NCBI GenBank assembly: GCA_002633005.1
Contig: NMRA01000388.1
Location: 248,001-312,000 of the forward strand
Length of the DNA: 64,000 nucleotides
Reading direction: 5' to 3'
Source: Phoronis australis
Lineage: Eukaryota > Animalia > Phoronida
Under the pieces are notes generated by a model that had not been told where the DNA came from, searched no databases, and saw nothing but the letters and a program-made list of their open reading frames with translations. A program made the translations under genes and the position numbers. Positions within the stretch are counted from its first letter, which is position 1, and each line of letters opens with the position of its first letter. Shown one piece after another: positions 28,301 to 43,300 of the stretch.

Positions 28301-31300
28301 ATAGATTAATTTAGTTTTAACTGCAGGTGAACACTCAGTAAATCAAATTTGAGTTGACACATGCCAGTGATAAGTGGGTTCCATGTCGTATATCTTCAAA
28401 CTACTTTCAAATTAGAGTGTAGAGCTCACTTAATTCTAGTGAAATTGGTTTTGAGTAGATATATCTCAAATTTGATTACCAGACAGTCTGGAAATACAGC
28501 CATGCCTGATATCATCGCACAATGCAAAAGCCTACCTCCAATGCTGCCCTCTTTTGGTGATATCCCAGTAACACAGAGCTTGTACTCGTACGTATGTGAG
28601 CCAGACGAGAGGCCCTTTCCAGCGACAGACACTTGTAAGTTCTTGGTGCCCTCTGACCCATCGCCGATGGTACATGTCAGCTTGGTATTAGTTGCTGCAG
28701 TCACAACACACGGGATATCGTCTAACATGACTTCGTTGTTGGTGACGTTACTGCCATCAAATCCAGTTCCGTCAATAACGAGTTCTGCGCCGTTACTACA
28801 GCCAGGCTGAGCTGCCCCTATAATGCACAACAGAAGGCAGCATGTTACAGACTGGGTTACTTAAAATGAGATAACGCGAGCGCATCACTGTGTGTAATTC
28901 ACTATAATTATCAACGATAAGGTATGTCTTAAATGATGACTTTCGATAAATTGTTCTTATTTTGGGATAACCACAAGAAATAATTCAAGTAATGTGAAAT
29001 AAAGATACGTTACCACAGCAACCCATTTCAATGCTTTTTGTCAAAAAGCAAGTTTTGTTTGGGTCACTTACTGTAAAAATGGTCTTATCTTGTTTCTTAT
29101 TCAATTTAGAAGTGATTTTTCAATTCAGGAAGAGCTGGCATTTTGTTAATTCCTTAAATCAAGCTGCCTAATAAAACTTCTGGTGTAACCAGAAAATTTA
29201 TTGGCTTGGTCCAAATAAATATTGCCCTGAAATCACCTCTAATTTAACTCACGAGCAGTTCGAGACCAAACCCATAACACCATTATGAGATATAAATCAA
29301 ACAATCAATCAATCATACAATACCCAAGGTGGAACTTTTCAGGCATTCAACAGTTGACGATTTTCGGACTTCTAATGCCTGTTCCACTAAAATGTTGTAA
29401 CTTCATGATATTTTTACTCAGATGCTAAACAGAAATTTACTACAAATCGTCACAAAGATTTGGCGTGAGTCACCAAATGAATTTAGATTCAGTACAAAAA
29501 GAGTTTTTATGTTAGGATACTAATAAAGAAGTGAAATAGACTTGTTGGCGACATTACGTTTCCGTCTCCTTGATGCTGTTATTCCGGTCAAAGTTGGCGT
29601 ATGCGCCTCAGAGTAGGAATAGGCACAGTCTCCGCTGCATTTGGTAGGAAGGCCATTGACAAGCACAGATACCTAGACAGCAAGCATGTTGATCATTAAA
29701 TCACCTCTCACTAATAAACAAATTATTAATAAATAAATTATCAATAAACAAGAATTTGATTAAATCTTGACGTTACTCCCCAAAGATCTTGAAGCATACT
29801 AATCCATGTTCCGGGGTTTCCCATAACAATTCAGTTTTGGAACTGGACCACAAACATTGGAATACCTGGGAACTTGTGACCAATTGCGTGAAATGGTCCC
29901 AATAGGGACTTTGCAACTACGTCCCTCAATTTTCAGGCCATTTGTAGATTATGTTTACATGCCAGTATTTAATATTTTCCCTCACTGTATCATTGTTGTA
30001 AGGACCTCTTGTGACATTTTCTATTACTAAGTCTGAAGACTGAGACCTTGTTCCAATCAAAATAAACATGGATAAGGACCTTGGGGACATTGCATGACAA
30101 GGTCCCTATTTATTTTCAATGAGATTAAGAATTCGACATACATGTAGATCGAGTTAAGTGTCTCTGTGTATCAAGGGTAAAACTTGAATTTGCATCAAAA
30201 TAAAAACAAACAAAAAAGAACAGTCAGCGTTTGCATAAGTCCACAATGCACTGCAAATTTAGAGAATGTAGTTGAGTCTCTGCTGGAACAGTTTGATACT
30301 TCTAGGCACTGGGGTACTTTGAAGTAAAAAATTCATTAAATTTTACCTGACAATTATCTGCTAAAGTCTACTTCCAAAAGGCAGTTGATCAGACTGCATA
30401 CCGCAGTTTTGTGCTATGAATGATGTCAAAGTAACTTCCAACCACTGATAGTTAAACTAGACAATTGGGAAAGATCACCACAAAAATGGCTGAGAATACA
30501 ATGTTTTGTCACAAACTCGCAGTATGGAAAAAAATGTCTACGAAAACTTGAACCTTCAGCACAGACATTGATTGGACACCGCCACCAATACATGCGATGA
30601 TGGTGTTGTGGGCAGTAAAAGCTCCTTGCTGAGAATTACTAACAGCTCATTCACCACATCATAGTGACTATAATAAATAATTTCTAGCAACTGCAGCAGG
30701 TGGAACATACCTGGGTTTCATTCCTATGAACCGTCCTCAAAAAGTCTCCAGTGATGGGGTTGATGAAGATAAATCCATCTTTCTCATCATTGACGGCATC
30801 CACTTCATTTCCTGACAGGGACTTCTTACTAATCTAAGTAGAGAAACCAAGATGAGAGACTTAAAACCTGTGTGCAGTTTCAGACAACATCCTTCAACCT
30901 GAAGTATCGTTTCATCACTGCAAGTTCTACACGAAGATTATCGGTATCTTAAACACCATGTGTTGGTCACATCATGTGGCCTACAATCAACTCAATTCTG
31001 ACAAAATTTCTATCTCAAGTGAGGCTCGAATCCGTGACTTTCTTCTGTCTGACGTTCAGATGGCATGTAAGAGACTTTAGTAATACCAGATAAATTTCCT
31101 ATTGCCATATCAACATGGTCAAATGGAAAATGTCAAGACTTTCTCACTTTCAGTCAGCCTCGTTCACTCTTATTCACCCCACCACCACCTTGTAAGATGC
31201 AGACTATAGTGAAGCTCAAATGTCATGAAAGCATCAAAGCACCAAAAATTAAATGGATATTTAAATTTTTATCAAGCAGGTAAGTGTAATTCTGCGTACT

Positions 31301-34300
31301 ATACTTTGTATTTTGTCTTAAAAAAATGTCAGAAAACGGCAGAGCATATAACTTTGAGATTTCTACAAAAACAAGGTCTATGATTTGCCCTTACTGTCAT
31401 TGTTGGTCGGTCACCACCCGGGAACTTCCACTCGACTTCCCAAGACTGAGAATGACATGTGTCCACCGTTTTTTTCACATCTATTTTGTCGTCCATAAGG
31501 CTCGAAATGTCTGCCTTTAAGTCGGAAGCATACATGCCAACTGTCACTGGAAAAGTATTATTTAGCATTTTACAATGTTAATAAGACTATACAATTACGC
31601 AAAACTACAAGTATATTAACTAGATGAATTGAATTTTTGTTTTGACAAACACTGCTGATTAAGTTAGTCTTTCAGTGTTGATCCAATATTCAGTAGGCCT
31701 AATAATGGCAGGCCCAACCATAACTATGGGTGGATGCAATCTGGTGGTACCATATATGAATAGAAAATACATCAAGACAACCAAGAACTTATCATGGTGC
31801 CCTCCACAACTCAAATTTCACTGCATTCTATGAGAGTATTAAGATCACTTTGATCAGTAGTCTGTTGTGTACAGAAGTCAAGTCACCCCATTGTGTTACT
31901 CGAGCAGATTAAACAATAGAGGTTGGGATATATAAACACAGAAATTGTTTGCTGTTCAAACAATGAAAAAGTTCAATTTTCGATGACAGAGCCAGTACTT
32001 ATACCACGCAGCGTCAAAAATGGCGAGGGAACATCTTGCCATGAACAGGCAGCGTTTATCACTGACACTCGACTGTGTTCCCTACCCACCAAACAAAAGA
32101 AGCCAATGTCCCCCCCCCCTTGAGGTAAATGCCTACTGTCATCTAAGCTAGTAAGAAGCATTCACAGTTGCTGGTGGGGAAACACAATGTAGCGCGTAAT
32201 GCGGTTTGTTTCTCCTTAATTTCATTTCTTAGAACATATCAAAATCTTTCAAAAGTCACGCACCCATAATCTCATGCGCCCTTCTTCCCTTAATTTTGAT
32301 CCAGAAATGGAGCCTCGGGCAAACACTGAGTAGTGGGTAGTGTAAGTCACACTGTTTGAGATCGTCATACAACCACAGGTGTCATGGCATGGTCTTGGTC
32401 AAGCTTATCATTTCATAAAACTCAGGAGTCTGAGCTTACCTTTCAACTCTTTACCATTAACAGTGATAGTGAAATGGCCATTGACTGGTCCGGTGGCACT
32501 AGACTGCCGTGAAGTCTTCACACGTCCGCTGCTCCAGCCTTTGTCAGCTGTCTGGACATTGCTAGAGGTCAGGCTGCCTGACTTGACCTTGAGGTAAAAT
32601 GGAAATTTTAGGTACTAAATTTTTTCAGTATGGCTTAATTTGGTTCTCTACATGTCAATCGTAAATTTAAGATTTTGCAGATAAGATCTATAGCAATTTC
32701 AAAAGCTAAAATTATAGCATTTGTGTTCTTTTATCAAAGTTCAATACAGCAAAGTTAAATTTTAAGGCACCCCATCAAATGACAATTATGTTGCTGTGGC
32801 TTAATAATTCTGAGGAAGGAAAAGTACAAACTACAGGGGATTGTGCATCAAACAAAAGAAAAAATACCAAAAAAGAGTACCCAGAAAAATCGCTTTTTAG
32901 TGTCTTAATGAAATGTCCACTTCTTGAAGGTATTCGCTTCAGAAACCATAGTTTACATGATTAGTCGCTTCAAGTACCTGTCCAAATTTGGTGGAGAACA
33001 GCTGGAAGTTGTTGGCACACAACAAGGGGTCCAACGTCACAATGTATGTTGCGGGGTTTGTCGACGTCTTGTTGATATCAATGTCATTCACAAGTGCTCG
33101 TGGTGGGATACGGAACTTGGAAAGATCTATGGCAAACAAAATTAAAATTCTCAAAAATACTACAAATAATTAACGCTTGAATTGGTAATAAGTTGTTTCA
33201 CCTCTCGTGACCAACCACATATAATTTGCACAACAAATACATTTTATTTTCCAAACAGAAAAAAATAGCTTATATTTCTAACGAAATGTTTTTGTGATAT
33301 AACTATAACAGTTCTTATCACTTATCATTTTAAGCTGAGATATGCAGTGCATAAAATAATCCTACCATCGAGTGAGGGTGGAATGAGAAGAAACAGAACA
33401 ATTGAAAGTACGGCATTTACAGGATATTCAAGCTTTCAGTTCAATTTTTAATTACAAGACCGGGCAAGTAAAATACAACTTAGTTCGGCATGACTGAAAA
33501 GTGGCAAACAGTTTATTATAACCTGTTTTTCATTTTACATTTTTTTTCACACAAAATGATCAGAATGATGCAGGTCATCAACCGAATACATGGCAGATGG
33601 CACTGTGACATTGTGCTGAGGAACGAAGTTGCACAATGCGGGTTATATTCCCGCAAGGTACATCGTGAAGAGAAATGTCGCCTGGAAGCGTGTTATTATT
33701 TTTGTTCAATTTAACTTCACATTTCAAATTCCGTGGGTGAAACATTTCTGCAAACTACCTTAGCCTGCTATGTCACGCAAAGATTGCAGTGACCCTTTTT
33801 CACATCTCAATAATGTTCTTATAAGCTAGGCAGTTACTTCAGAGATTTTCGAGAGACTTCAAGTGGCCGAACCCAAAAACTACCTTTTACCTTTATCCAG
33901 CTTAAAAGGGCAATGTCTTAGGCTAAGGCACAAAAACATTTAACGTATACCTAGTGTGGTTCGTGGTTCAGCTGATACGGAAATCTGGTCAAAGAAAAAC
34001 GATCCCTTGAGAAACTCTTTGCGAATAACGCGAACATCTTTGAGCGTATAGGAAGAGGGTGGATTTTCTTTGTAGACTGTGTTGATGATGGGCAAACATG
34101 TGTATTGCCAACTGCAAATAGACAAGAACAGTGGTTTTACCAGCTAACAAGAGGAGTTGTCACGTGGATTATTTCCATATTGACGATGACTTCTCATAGG
34201 CTGGGAGTTTGTCTCATAAAAATACCTTATATTGTACAAGAGTAGTGCACAGACAACTGAAGGTAGGAAAATTTCTGAATATAGGCCAGCACAAAAACAT

Positions 34301-37300
34301 GTCTCAACAATTATACTTTCGTCTAGCTTCACAGAACAAGAACATCGAAATCCTGAACTTTTCAATCATAAGCTCTTTCTTGCTATCTTTAATTAATTAT
34401 TTAATTAATCAAACATTTGCTGTCACTATATCACAATTGAGTTGAAAGTCTTGGCAATTTTCTGTTTCAGTGAAGGCTGCAACATGGATACAGCCAGGCA
34501 CATATTGAGCACAGACAAATAAACATTCTAGCGCATACTTTCAGAACTTAACATTTGAACCTGAGAATGCCATCTGATAAACATGTGCTAACGCCAAGTT
34601 TATTAAGAAAAATAATGATCAATAAGAAAGCACCATCGAGTACACAGAGTCATGAAGGCCGTTGCAGAATTCACAGCAGCTCAGAGGACAATGACGGGTG
34701 CACTGAGCACAATACTTACTCCCCAGTTCCAGCTGCCAGCGACTCCTTGGTGCCACCGTTGAACTGCAACTCTGCCACCTCCCCCACAGGAAACTTGTGT
34801 CCAAAACACAACTAAAAAGCATATTCATTTCAAATTAGTATGACAACTATGAATATTCATAGTCAACTTCATTAGTATCAAATTCAGTTTCCACAAATAT
34901 TCCTGTGGTCAATTGATCAATAATCATTGTTCGCACAATGTTTCCTTTAGATATGTAGGAGCAGAAATTCATTAGAAAATCAGGAAATGAAAACAAAAAT
35001 CGTGTATTTAAAATCGTCGATAAACAGTTAATATTTCAATTAGTCGACATAGACCACCCTTAGTGCAAAGCAGAATAAACGTGACTAACATACAGCTTTT
35101 GATAAAAAGTCTGTGATCAAAACAAAATCTGACACAAAGTCAGTGTCAATAAAAGCTAGACTCTTCCGTGAGTAAACTGACTTCGTTATTATCCTCCAGT
35201 TAAATTTCTCGAGTGATCATGTGCGTCGATCATATTTAAGTGCCATCAAAGCAAGCACCATCTGTTGGCCTATTTGTTTTCGGCTTCTTATTCAATCCAC
35301 TGATTTTGATTCACGCGCACAGTTCACAAGTGAACAAATTCTCAGAAATTGTTACACTCCGTTAGTAATATTGAGTAACACCCTCCACTAACTTTGTTTT
35401 GAATTTCAGTCACACACAGTTAGCTGCTTGGCTAGTAAAGACACTCACGTGGTGCGTGGTCACTTTTTTGGACTCGTGTCTCAAGATGTAACCAGGTTTC
35501 CTCACTGATTTCTCACCGCAGAGCGGTTCTTCATCATCCCGAACGCTTCCGTAATGTTTTTTCGGATTAGAACCCTCAAAGTCCTCAAAGTAGATTGTGT
35601 CTCTGCTTGATGCCACGTCCGATGCACACCGTGACTTGAACAAAGCCTTTAGTTTATCTTTGAACTGAAATCGAAATATCAATGTGAACAATTCACAAGC
35701 ACTGAAACTCTAAAGCAAAAAATCAAATAGTTTTGCAAATAAAGTCTTGCTTACAAAAGTTCAACAGTTACAGTATTTGACCATGTCTTAAAATGACATA
35801 ACCATGTCACAAAAAATAATCATTGTTACATGACCAAAACAGTTCATTAACTAGGTCACATGAATAAAACTGAACTGTGAACATATACAGAAAACCACAA
35901 ACAACACCGTTGTTGCCATGCCAGTGCCTTCGCTCAAATATCTACATTTTTACTGAAAGTAAATCTTATGGTTAATATTATTAACTATAAGATTTACTTC
36001 CAGTTAAAATGTAATACATAAACGTAGCATGCCTATAAAAGTTAAATTTGACTTCATACTATTCTGCCATTAATTGAGTCATGTGACCAAGTATTTTTGG
36101 TAACATTAAGCAAACAAAAAATGTACATTCCTAGCAAAACAGGGGTATCAATAAAATGGCCCAATTTCTTTTAGGTATTTAAGATGAAATTTTAAAAAGC
36201 TGATAGTGTTCTAAATATCCCGTTCGCAATTAGTTTCTAGTTTTTATATCAAAGCCTACCCTGTCCATTGGAAAACAGTTTCATAATATGAAAAGACACG
36301 ACGTTCCAAAGTTGGCCAAATCTGAACAATCATCTGAGTGAACAACTTACACCGCACTATAAAGTGATTGACTGACCATCCAAAGCAACACATCAAAGCT
36401 TTTGAGTCGACTTATCTTTCAAGAACACTAAATTTAAAACTAGATGACTGCGCAAATCATCAGGGTAGTTCCAGTGCAGCTGATACCATTTTCAAGGGCT
36501 CAAAACTAGTTGGCATTGCATTCTCTTGAACTCAGTCACAGGACTTATTAGTCATTTGATAGGTTTAGTCTGATAGACAGACTAAGCTATAAGTAACAGT
36601 GCTCGATTGTGCTTGGCGACTCGGGAAAAATCCCTCGAAATTGGCGATTTCCAAACTTTAAATTTAGTCCAAAGGTTTAATACAGTGGTTCACAGTTGTG
36701 CCACTTTTCATGAAATGAGAGCATTTGCCACCCTCAGCAATCAGCACACATCAAACAAGCACTTAAATTACGACAGTAAGTAAACAGATGGAATTATCGG
36801 CAAGGATCGTTCAAACACGTGTGTATCAAAGAATAGTGTATGGCACGAGGAATTGGGTTAGAGATGAACAGTGCATATTTTCACAGCGAGAAATTCGCGT
36901 AAGTTTCTGAGAAGTGAGTACGGCACATACTTTTTTGTCGATGACTTCCATGTGAGTCTTGTCCACCTCAGATTTTGTTTGACGACCTAGGATTTTCGCC
37001 AAGACGCCAAATGCCACTTGTAAATAACAAGTTAGAAACAGAAATAAATATTATTGTGGTTCTGTCACTTTCCTATAAATAGCTGCACGAACAGCACTTA
37101 CTGCATCTGCACTGGCAGTGATAGAAATTGGATCAGAGAATGCTTTTCCACCCATTTGGAGAGAGACTGTACTTCCTGGTAGTTCACCTTCAGTCAAGAC
37201 CTCGACAGACACAGAGATAGAACCTTTCGATCCCGCAGCTTTTTCAGTTTCGTACGTGATCTTAGGTACCCTGCCTGTTGACATAAAGTATGGGATGTCG

Positions 37301-40300
37301 AGTTGAAAAAAATCAGACATTGTGCATAGGAAGTGGAAAGCCTGACTGTGAATCAGTTGTTAGCAGTAAGCAATGTGATATATTGAATTCATGGTGATAC
37401 AAAATGCTAGTTAGTGGACAGCTGTTATTTACACTATGTACATGTTGCAAAAATGGCCTTATGAGTTACTGAGCTTTGACAGGTCATTTTTAATGCGCTT
37501 CAAAGCGCGTTCTGCCAGTGGTGTAGACAATAACAAGAACATAATTCATGATTGCAGAAATGTAACAACTTTAAATTGGTGAAATTGATAAAACAAAAGA
37601 AAACTTAATATATATGTATAGTATTATACTCTGGAAATGAAAGAAAATGGAAATCAACAGGTAGTGTTAGACAAGATTGATAAAAAACGTTTACTCCTGT
37701 TTTCTTTCAAAAGAAGTGTGATAGCATAATGTCATTATTGCAATGAAGACAAAAGAAATATTCGTACCACAAAAGGCAGCAAACGTAATGGTGAAGACGG
37801 CTTTTTCGTTGGATCCAGAGCGCTTGAGTGAAGACACAGCCAAGTCTAGAGGCAATCCATTGAGCTGCGCCTTCAATTCCGATTCACGTTTGTCCGAGGT
37901 GAACTTGGCTGAAAAATTTCAAAGTGAGCCACTAAGTTTTGTTACACTGTTCCATTAAGAAACCTCCAATCAAGACACATTGTGTCAATTCCACCTTCCA
38001 AGGAAATGAAGATATACTAAATAAAATACTTGAAATTTATTTTGCTTTCATTTGATAGTGGTTGTGAAACAGGTCCAATAGCCAGCTATTGAAAAAAGGG
38101 AGGTTCCAAAATTTCCCATAGCCGGTCCTCAGTCACAAACTACAAACAATCCATTTCTGAATCAAAATTAAACCCGACAATCTCTCATTTTTCAATTTTC
38201 ATTAAATTTTTAACCACTTTTTTCCAAGAATACCCCAAAATCCCCAAGCTACACATCAACTTAACAGGAATCTCTTACCCAGCACACTCGTGTAATTCAT
38301 TTACAGAATATCTTGGAAAAAAGGAGCAAGAAAACAGAATACACTTATGTTTCAGAAAAGTTTATCAATAAAAAGTGTCCTCATTTTGTCAAGGCTAAGA
38401 AAATGAAACCTGTCAGCATGTTGAAAAGTCACGTGCCAGCAATTACTGCGCAATTGGTCTGTCCCCACATAACAAAACCTTCAATGCAATACTTACCAGT
38501 GCACAGTCCGTAGACGCAAAGCCGGAAAAAAGTGTTTGCTACATCGGTGGTCGTCACGGTGACCTTTTGAACACTACTCTTCCCTGACTGCGACTGGATG
38601 CCATCAAATACAACAGTCTGCGGAACAGTATTTCTATCAGTAAGGCTGATGTTACATTATTTTCATTACTAATTAATTCACTTCACATTTTCATTTTCAT
38701 GATTAATGTGTAAAATGGAAAATGGTCAAGATTCTTTTAATGCATTTATGAAAGATGGCATACTAGGCTTTCACAAACAATTTTAATTTTTGTGACTCCT
38801 GAAAGAAGAGAAAGTACCATGGGACACTCGATATAAACTCTACAAGATATCAGCTAAATAAATTTAGTAGGTTAAGTTACGATATATGTGGCACAAAGAA
38901 TTAAAACAATCGATTCAAAAAGTGCACCTGAACTTCCAGCTTTCGAGTTGATGTCACCTTCAGGGTCTGCTTCTCCTCGTACACGTCTTTTACTGTTTCG
39001 GACGTGTACTCGGGCAAGTCATAAAATGCAACAGCGACCGATACTCTCCCATAACTATATCCGTCCATGTGTGCCACGCTCATGTAATACCTGCACGAAA
39101 TGTAACCAATCAGGAACACGGGCAAAACTGGATCGTGGTAGATCATCATACGGACGCAGCAAGTGAAACCCGAATGGATGACTGACATAAGTTTGTGGGC
39201 AACCCGTTTCGAAAATGAAACGGACACACATCTGGACCTAGGCGATAACGCAAGGGCAAATGTACATCATAATGAAAGAAATTAAGAACAAAAAGGTGTT
39301 TCTTAGTCATGCCTGCGAACTGGAATGGGTAAACTGAAGTAAATCGCGTGGAAAAGCACACAATTTTATGCGATAATACGTAAATTTTGACACAGGTATT
39401 GATGCAGGGCGAAGCTTCAAAATGAGGTGCAGTCCCACCAAAGGCCAGATGGTAGGCAAGTACTTACCCATAGAAACAAGGAGTGACATGTCTGAGTATA
39501 CATCTTATCAAAATTGACTGACAGATTAGCAGGTTTTAACGAGCCCATTCACACAAAGACGTCTGACCCAACAGTCGCCATTTGACTACGTAAAAACGAT
39601 GAATACCCATGACATTCTCTTCCCCAAAAGTCGCGCCATTGAAATGCCGCCCTGTCACGGCATCATTCAGATGTGTCGGCAGATTTGAGAGTGGATCATC
39701 CAATGTCGATTTTTTTCAGCAGATGAGACGACAAAATCTGTTATTTGGTCAGAAGATACAACGCAAATATTCCATAACACGTCACAAAGCAATCTGCATT
39801 TACAGCGAACAAGGATTGGTTTTGTCTCAAGTGATTTGTCCCAGCAGCATGGTAGCCTAATTGTTCGTGTTTCATCAAATTTGAACACTTGACCATACCT
39901 GTCTGAACCACTTTTTACAATACTATTCAATACGCATTCATACTAGCCATTTTCTGGGAAAACCACGTAGAGTCAAAACGCTTCAAGAAATATGGAAAGT
40001 TTGTGTAAGAATCGTATAACAAGCGACATCCAAAGCAATCTGCATCTTTAAACCAAGATACAACAAGAATCGAACCAACTTAACATGCGGACTCAGGGTT
40101 CCACATGGACAAAACTGACACTGTTGCACAAAATCTAGGAACATGATATAAGTGCACCCATGACTGGGCCGTAAATGGTAAGTAGTTGTCAGATCTGTTG
40201 ATCCGTACTCAAGTCGGAAGGAATACATCCCGTTCTTTGGGGTTGAGATGTCATGAATGATTAATTTGGTGATGGAAACCAGCAACAAATAAAAGTTGTT

Positions 40301-43300
40301 TGATAAACATTAGTGTGGTAAGTAATGATGGTGATAATTTGTGCTTTACACGGTGGACAAGGAAGAAATGTATCTTAATAGGCTGGGGTGTGTTTTATCA
40401 CACGACACTGCACTTTATGATCAACATAATTGTCCTGAATAATATATAAATGACATGAGCGTCGCAAGCTCTTTACCAGAGATGAAAAGGAGATCAATGG
40501 AGGCTATATAAGGTCATTCATAACTGATGTAAAGTTGATAGAAAGCGTTTTCATAGTCTCTGATACAGATGGGGTAAAGTAACTCACTTACCCAAAGACT
40601 GTGTGCTTGCTGCCTCTGAGTAAGCGACTTACTATACCTTGATGTAAAATGAATGAAATTCATCAGGGGCCACGTTAATAATAGACAAATTACAGAAAGA
40701 AACGACAGTCATAGAAAGGACCAGGCTTTCGTAAAACGGGTCTCTGAGGTATAGACACATGCAACGCTGACGGCTTTACTGCAATTACTGCTACCACCTT
40801 ACCTCTTGTTCTTCACCAGTTGAAATACTTCAGACTTTTGCGACTCTTGAATATCGAAGTTCTTACAGTACCTTGTGGTATATGCAATCATTTTCTGAAA
40901 TTACGAACAGCTCACACTTCAAGACTTATCTACACAGCTAGGGCACTCCTCGTCAAAAAATGAAAAAATTCTATCTTGTATTTTTGCTACAAATTGGCAG
41001 CAAGATTATTACAAGGAACGCAACCAAACTCGCTAGAGGACAATGCTTTCAGCATCAAAAAAGATAACTAAAACTAAATCTTGTCTTGAACATTCACCTG
41101 AAACTGGTTAATCCATCTACTACAGCACACGGAGCATTCTTCAACGCAGCGCATCCAGTTTATGCGAATCTGGTGGGTTTCACGCGAGCAGTTTGGCCCC
41201 TACAGCTCAAACCATTTTGCCCACTGAGCTTTAAAGCAGAGTCTAAACTTTCGATGGTTAACAGCGGCGAAAGAGCATCTTCTACCAGACCTCATGGTAC
41301 TAAGACACAATATAAACCTCGCTTGCAAATTCTGAGCAAGTCCAGCCAACACTTTCACCGCAATGCAAGATCATGAACACAGTTTAATTTATTCACAGAA
41401 GTATAACCAGTTTTGGAAATCGAATTTGAATATTTGCCTTGACAACAGAGATAGGTGCAATGAATCAAATGGACTTTGCACGTTAATGCATTCACCATTG
41501 AGAATTAAATTTATTTAATTGAATCTTTAACTCAAGCATGGACACTGTACCTCGTTACAAAATACTATAAACTGACGAAAGGACACCTGTCAGCAGGAAA
41601 ACCAGGCTAAACTATCACTGACAGCACTAGGCAATTGTGTGTGTGAACTCTCCAGTTCAAGCGAATAAGAAACTCTTGCAACACATTGTGTTCTACACCT
41701 GGATATAACTTTGAAAATGTGTTAGGCAGTACAGCTCGGCACGCCACATTAGATTCCTGAACTCTCAACATTTCCACTCACCTTGTGTTTCTCCGCTCCT
41801 TCCTTGCTGAAATACAGCTGGACAATGTCATCACCTTTAATGTAGAATTTGTAACGCCCGGTGAAAGGTGCAACAAAGTAGGACTCTGTCAGCGTGCCGT
41901 AGTAATCACCATAGTTGAAGGGGCAAGCAAAGTCATCGGCCGTCGTCTCACACCAGTCCATCCCATCTGTCCAATTACTGAAGACGGCCGACGCAATTGG
42001 ATAGAACGTGGTGTTGGCAAGTTTCTCAACACCAGTCCAACCCATAGACTGCTGCATCATGTAGATGGTGCTGCCACGGTTTCCTGAAAGAGATTGATAG
42101 AAAGTAATAATAAAAGTAAAGCTTGTATGAGTTGGACAAGCACACGTTGGATTTTCGCTTTGCTCCAGCAAACTTCAGTAGTTTTTCCACTTCGTGCATG
42201 CACTCGGCCTTTCAAAGAGTCTCATCGTGTAATACTCTGATGAAACTTACGATGTCTGTTGAATCTGACTGGTGCAAGCTTCACTGTAACATCCACATTC
42301 TTCTGTCTTGTATACATATAATAGTTATATTGACACATGTTCCATTGTCCATTTCTCACATAATAGGATGGTTACCACGAGATGACAGATATTGTGTCAC
42401 ATTAAAAATCCCACCACCCGTGTGCATGGTGCTGTTTTGGTTACCAGCGCGCTCCACACAAATTTCTGAATATTTTTTTCACTTGTGCAAAATTACTAGG
42501 TCTCTTACAATATACCCACAGTTGCTTGTAGCTCAGATATACCATGAATCATGAATTATTTCTTAACTGCCCTCATTCGTACTGGTTAAATTTTTTATTC
42601 AGTGATTGCCGATTTCAGTCTCTAATCACTATTCATAAACCAGACACCTGGACCATTCTGAATCTGTTGGCACTTTTGGTAAGGGACATTTTTAGAGAAT
42701 TTAATTAGCAGTATCACAGATTCGAACCCACAAACTCTTCAGAAGCAGCCAAACACTCTGTCATTGAGCCACATCCCACGTGTTAAGTAGCAGAGTATAA
42801 TGTTGAAGCGTACTTCAATGTTACAGACATCGGCCTCGATTCCAGGGTATGTGTGGCAAACAACGTCGAGAACTGCCAGGTGACAATAAAATCACAAAAA
42901 ACACCGGCCAAAGGTAAAAACTTCAGAAAGTTTACTCCACCAACGATGAAATAGGAATGCATTTTTCAGCAATGAAACTGATTATTTCCTTTCAAATGAT
43001 GTCATTTGTTCAGCAACTTATTGCCTGCCGATCTGTGATCCCTAAACAGATCACGTAACCAGCCTTACCTTGGTAAAATCCATCATAGTCACTGGCTGCA
43101 GGCTTTGGTCCCGTGATACATTCCACTTTGGAAATATCGAATGACGTCACCTTACACGGCACGCCTAAAATGAAGCGTAGATCATGGATGTACAATGCAG
43201 TAACTATAAATAATTCCATAAAAGCTGCGATTCACGTGCAAAGTTGGTCAGAGATGTTTGCTCAGAAATTTCTCCAATTTCTAATGAGAAGAAACTGACA

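Noticed and set aside
34846-34863. 18-bp perfect palindrome ACTATGAATATTCATAGT
   Set aside because: Isolated and AT-rich, with no supporting context.
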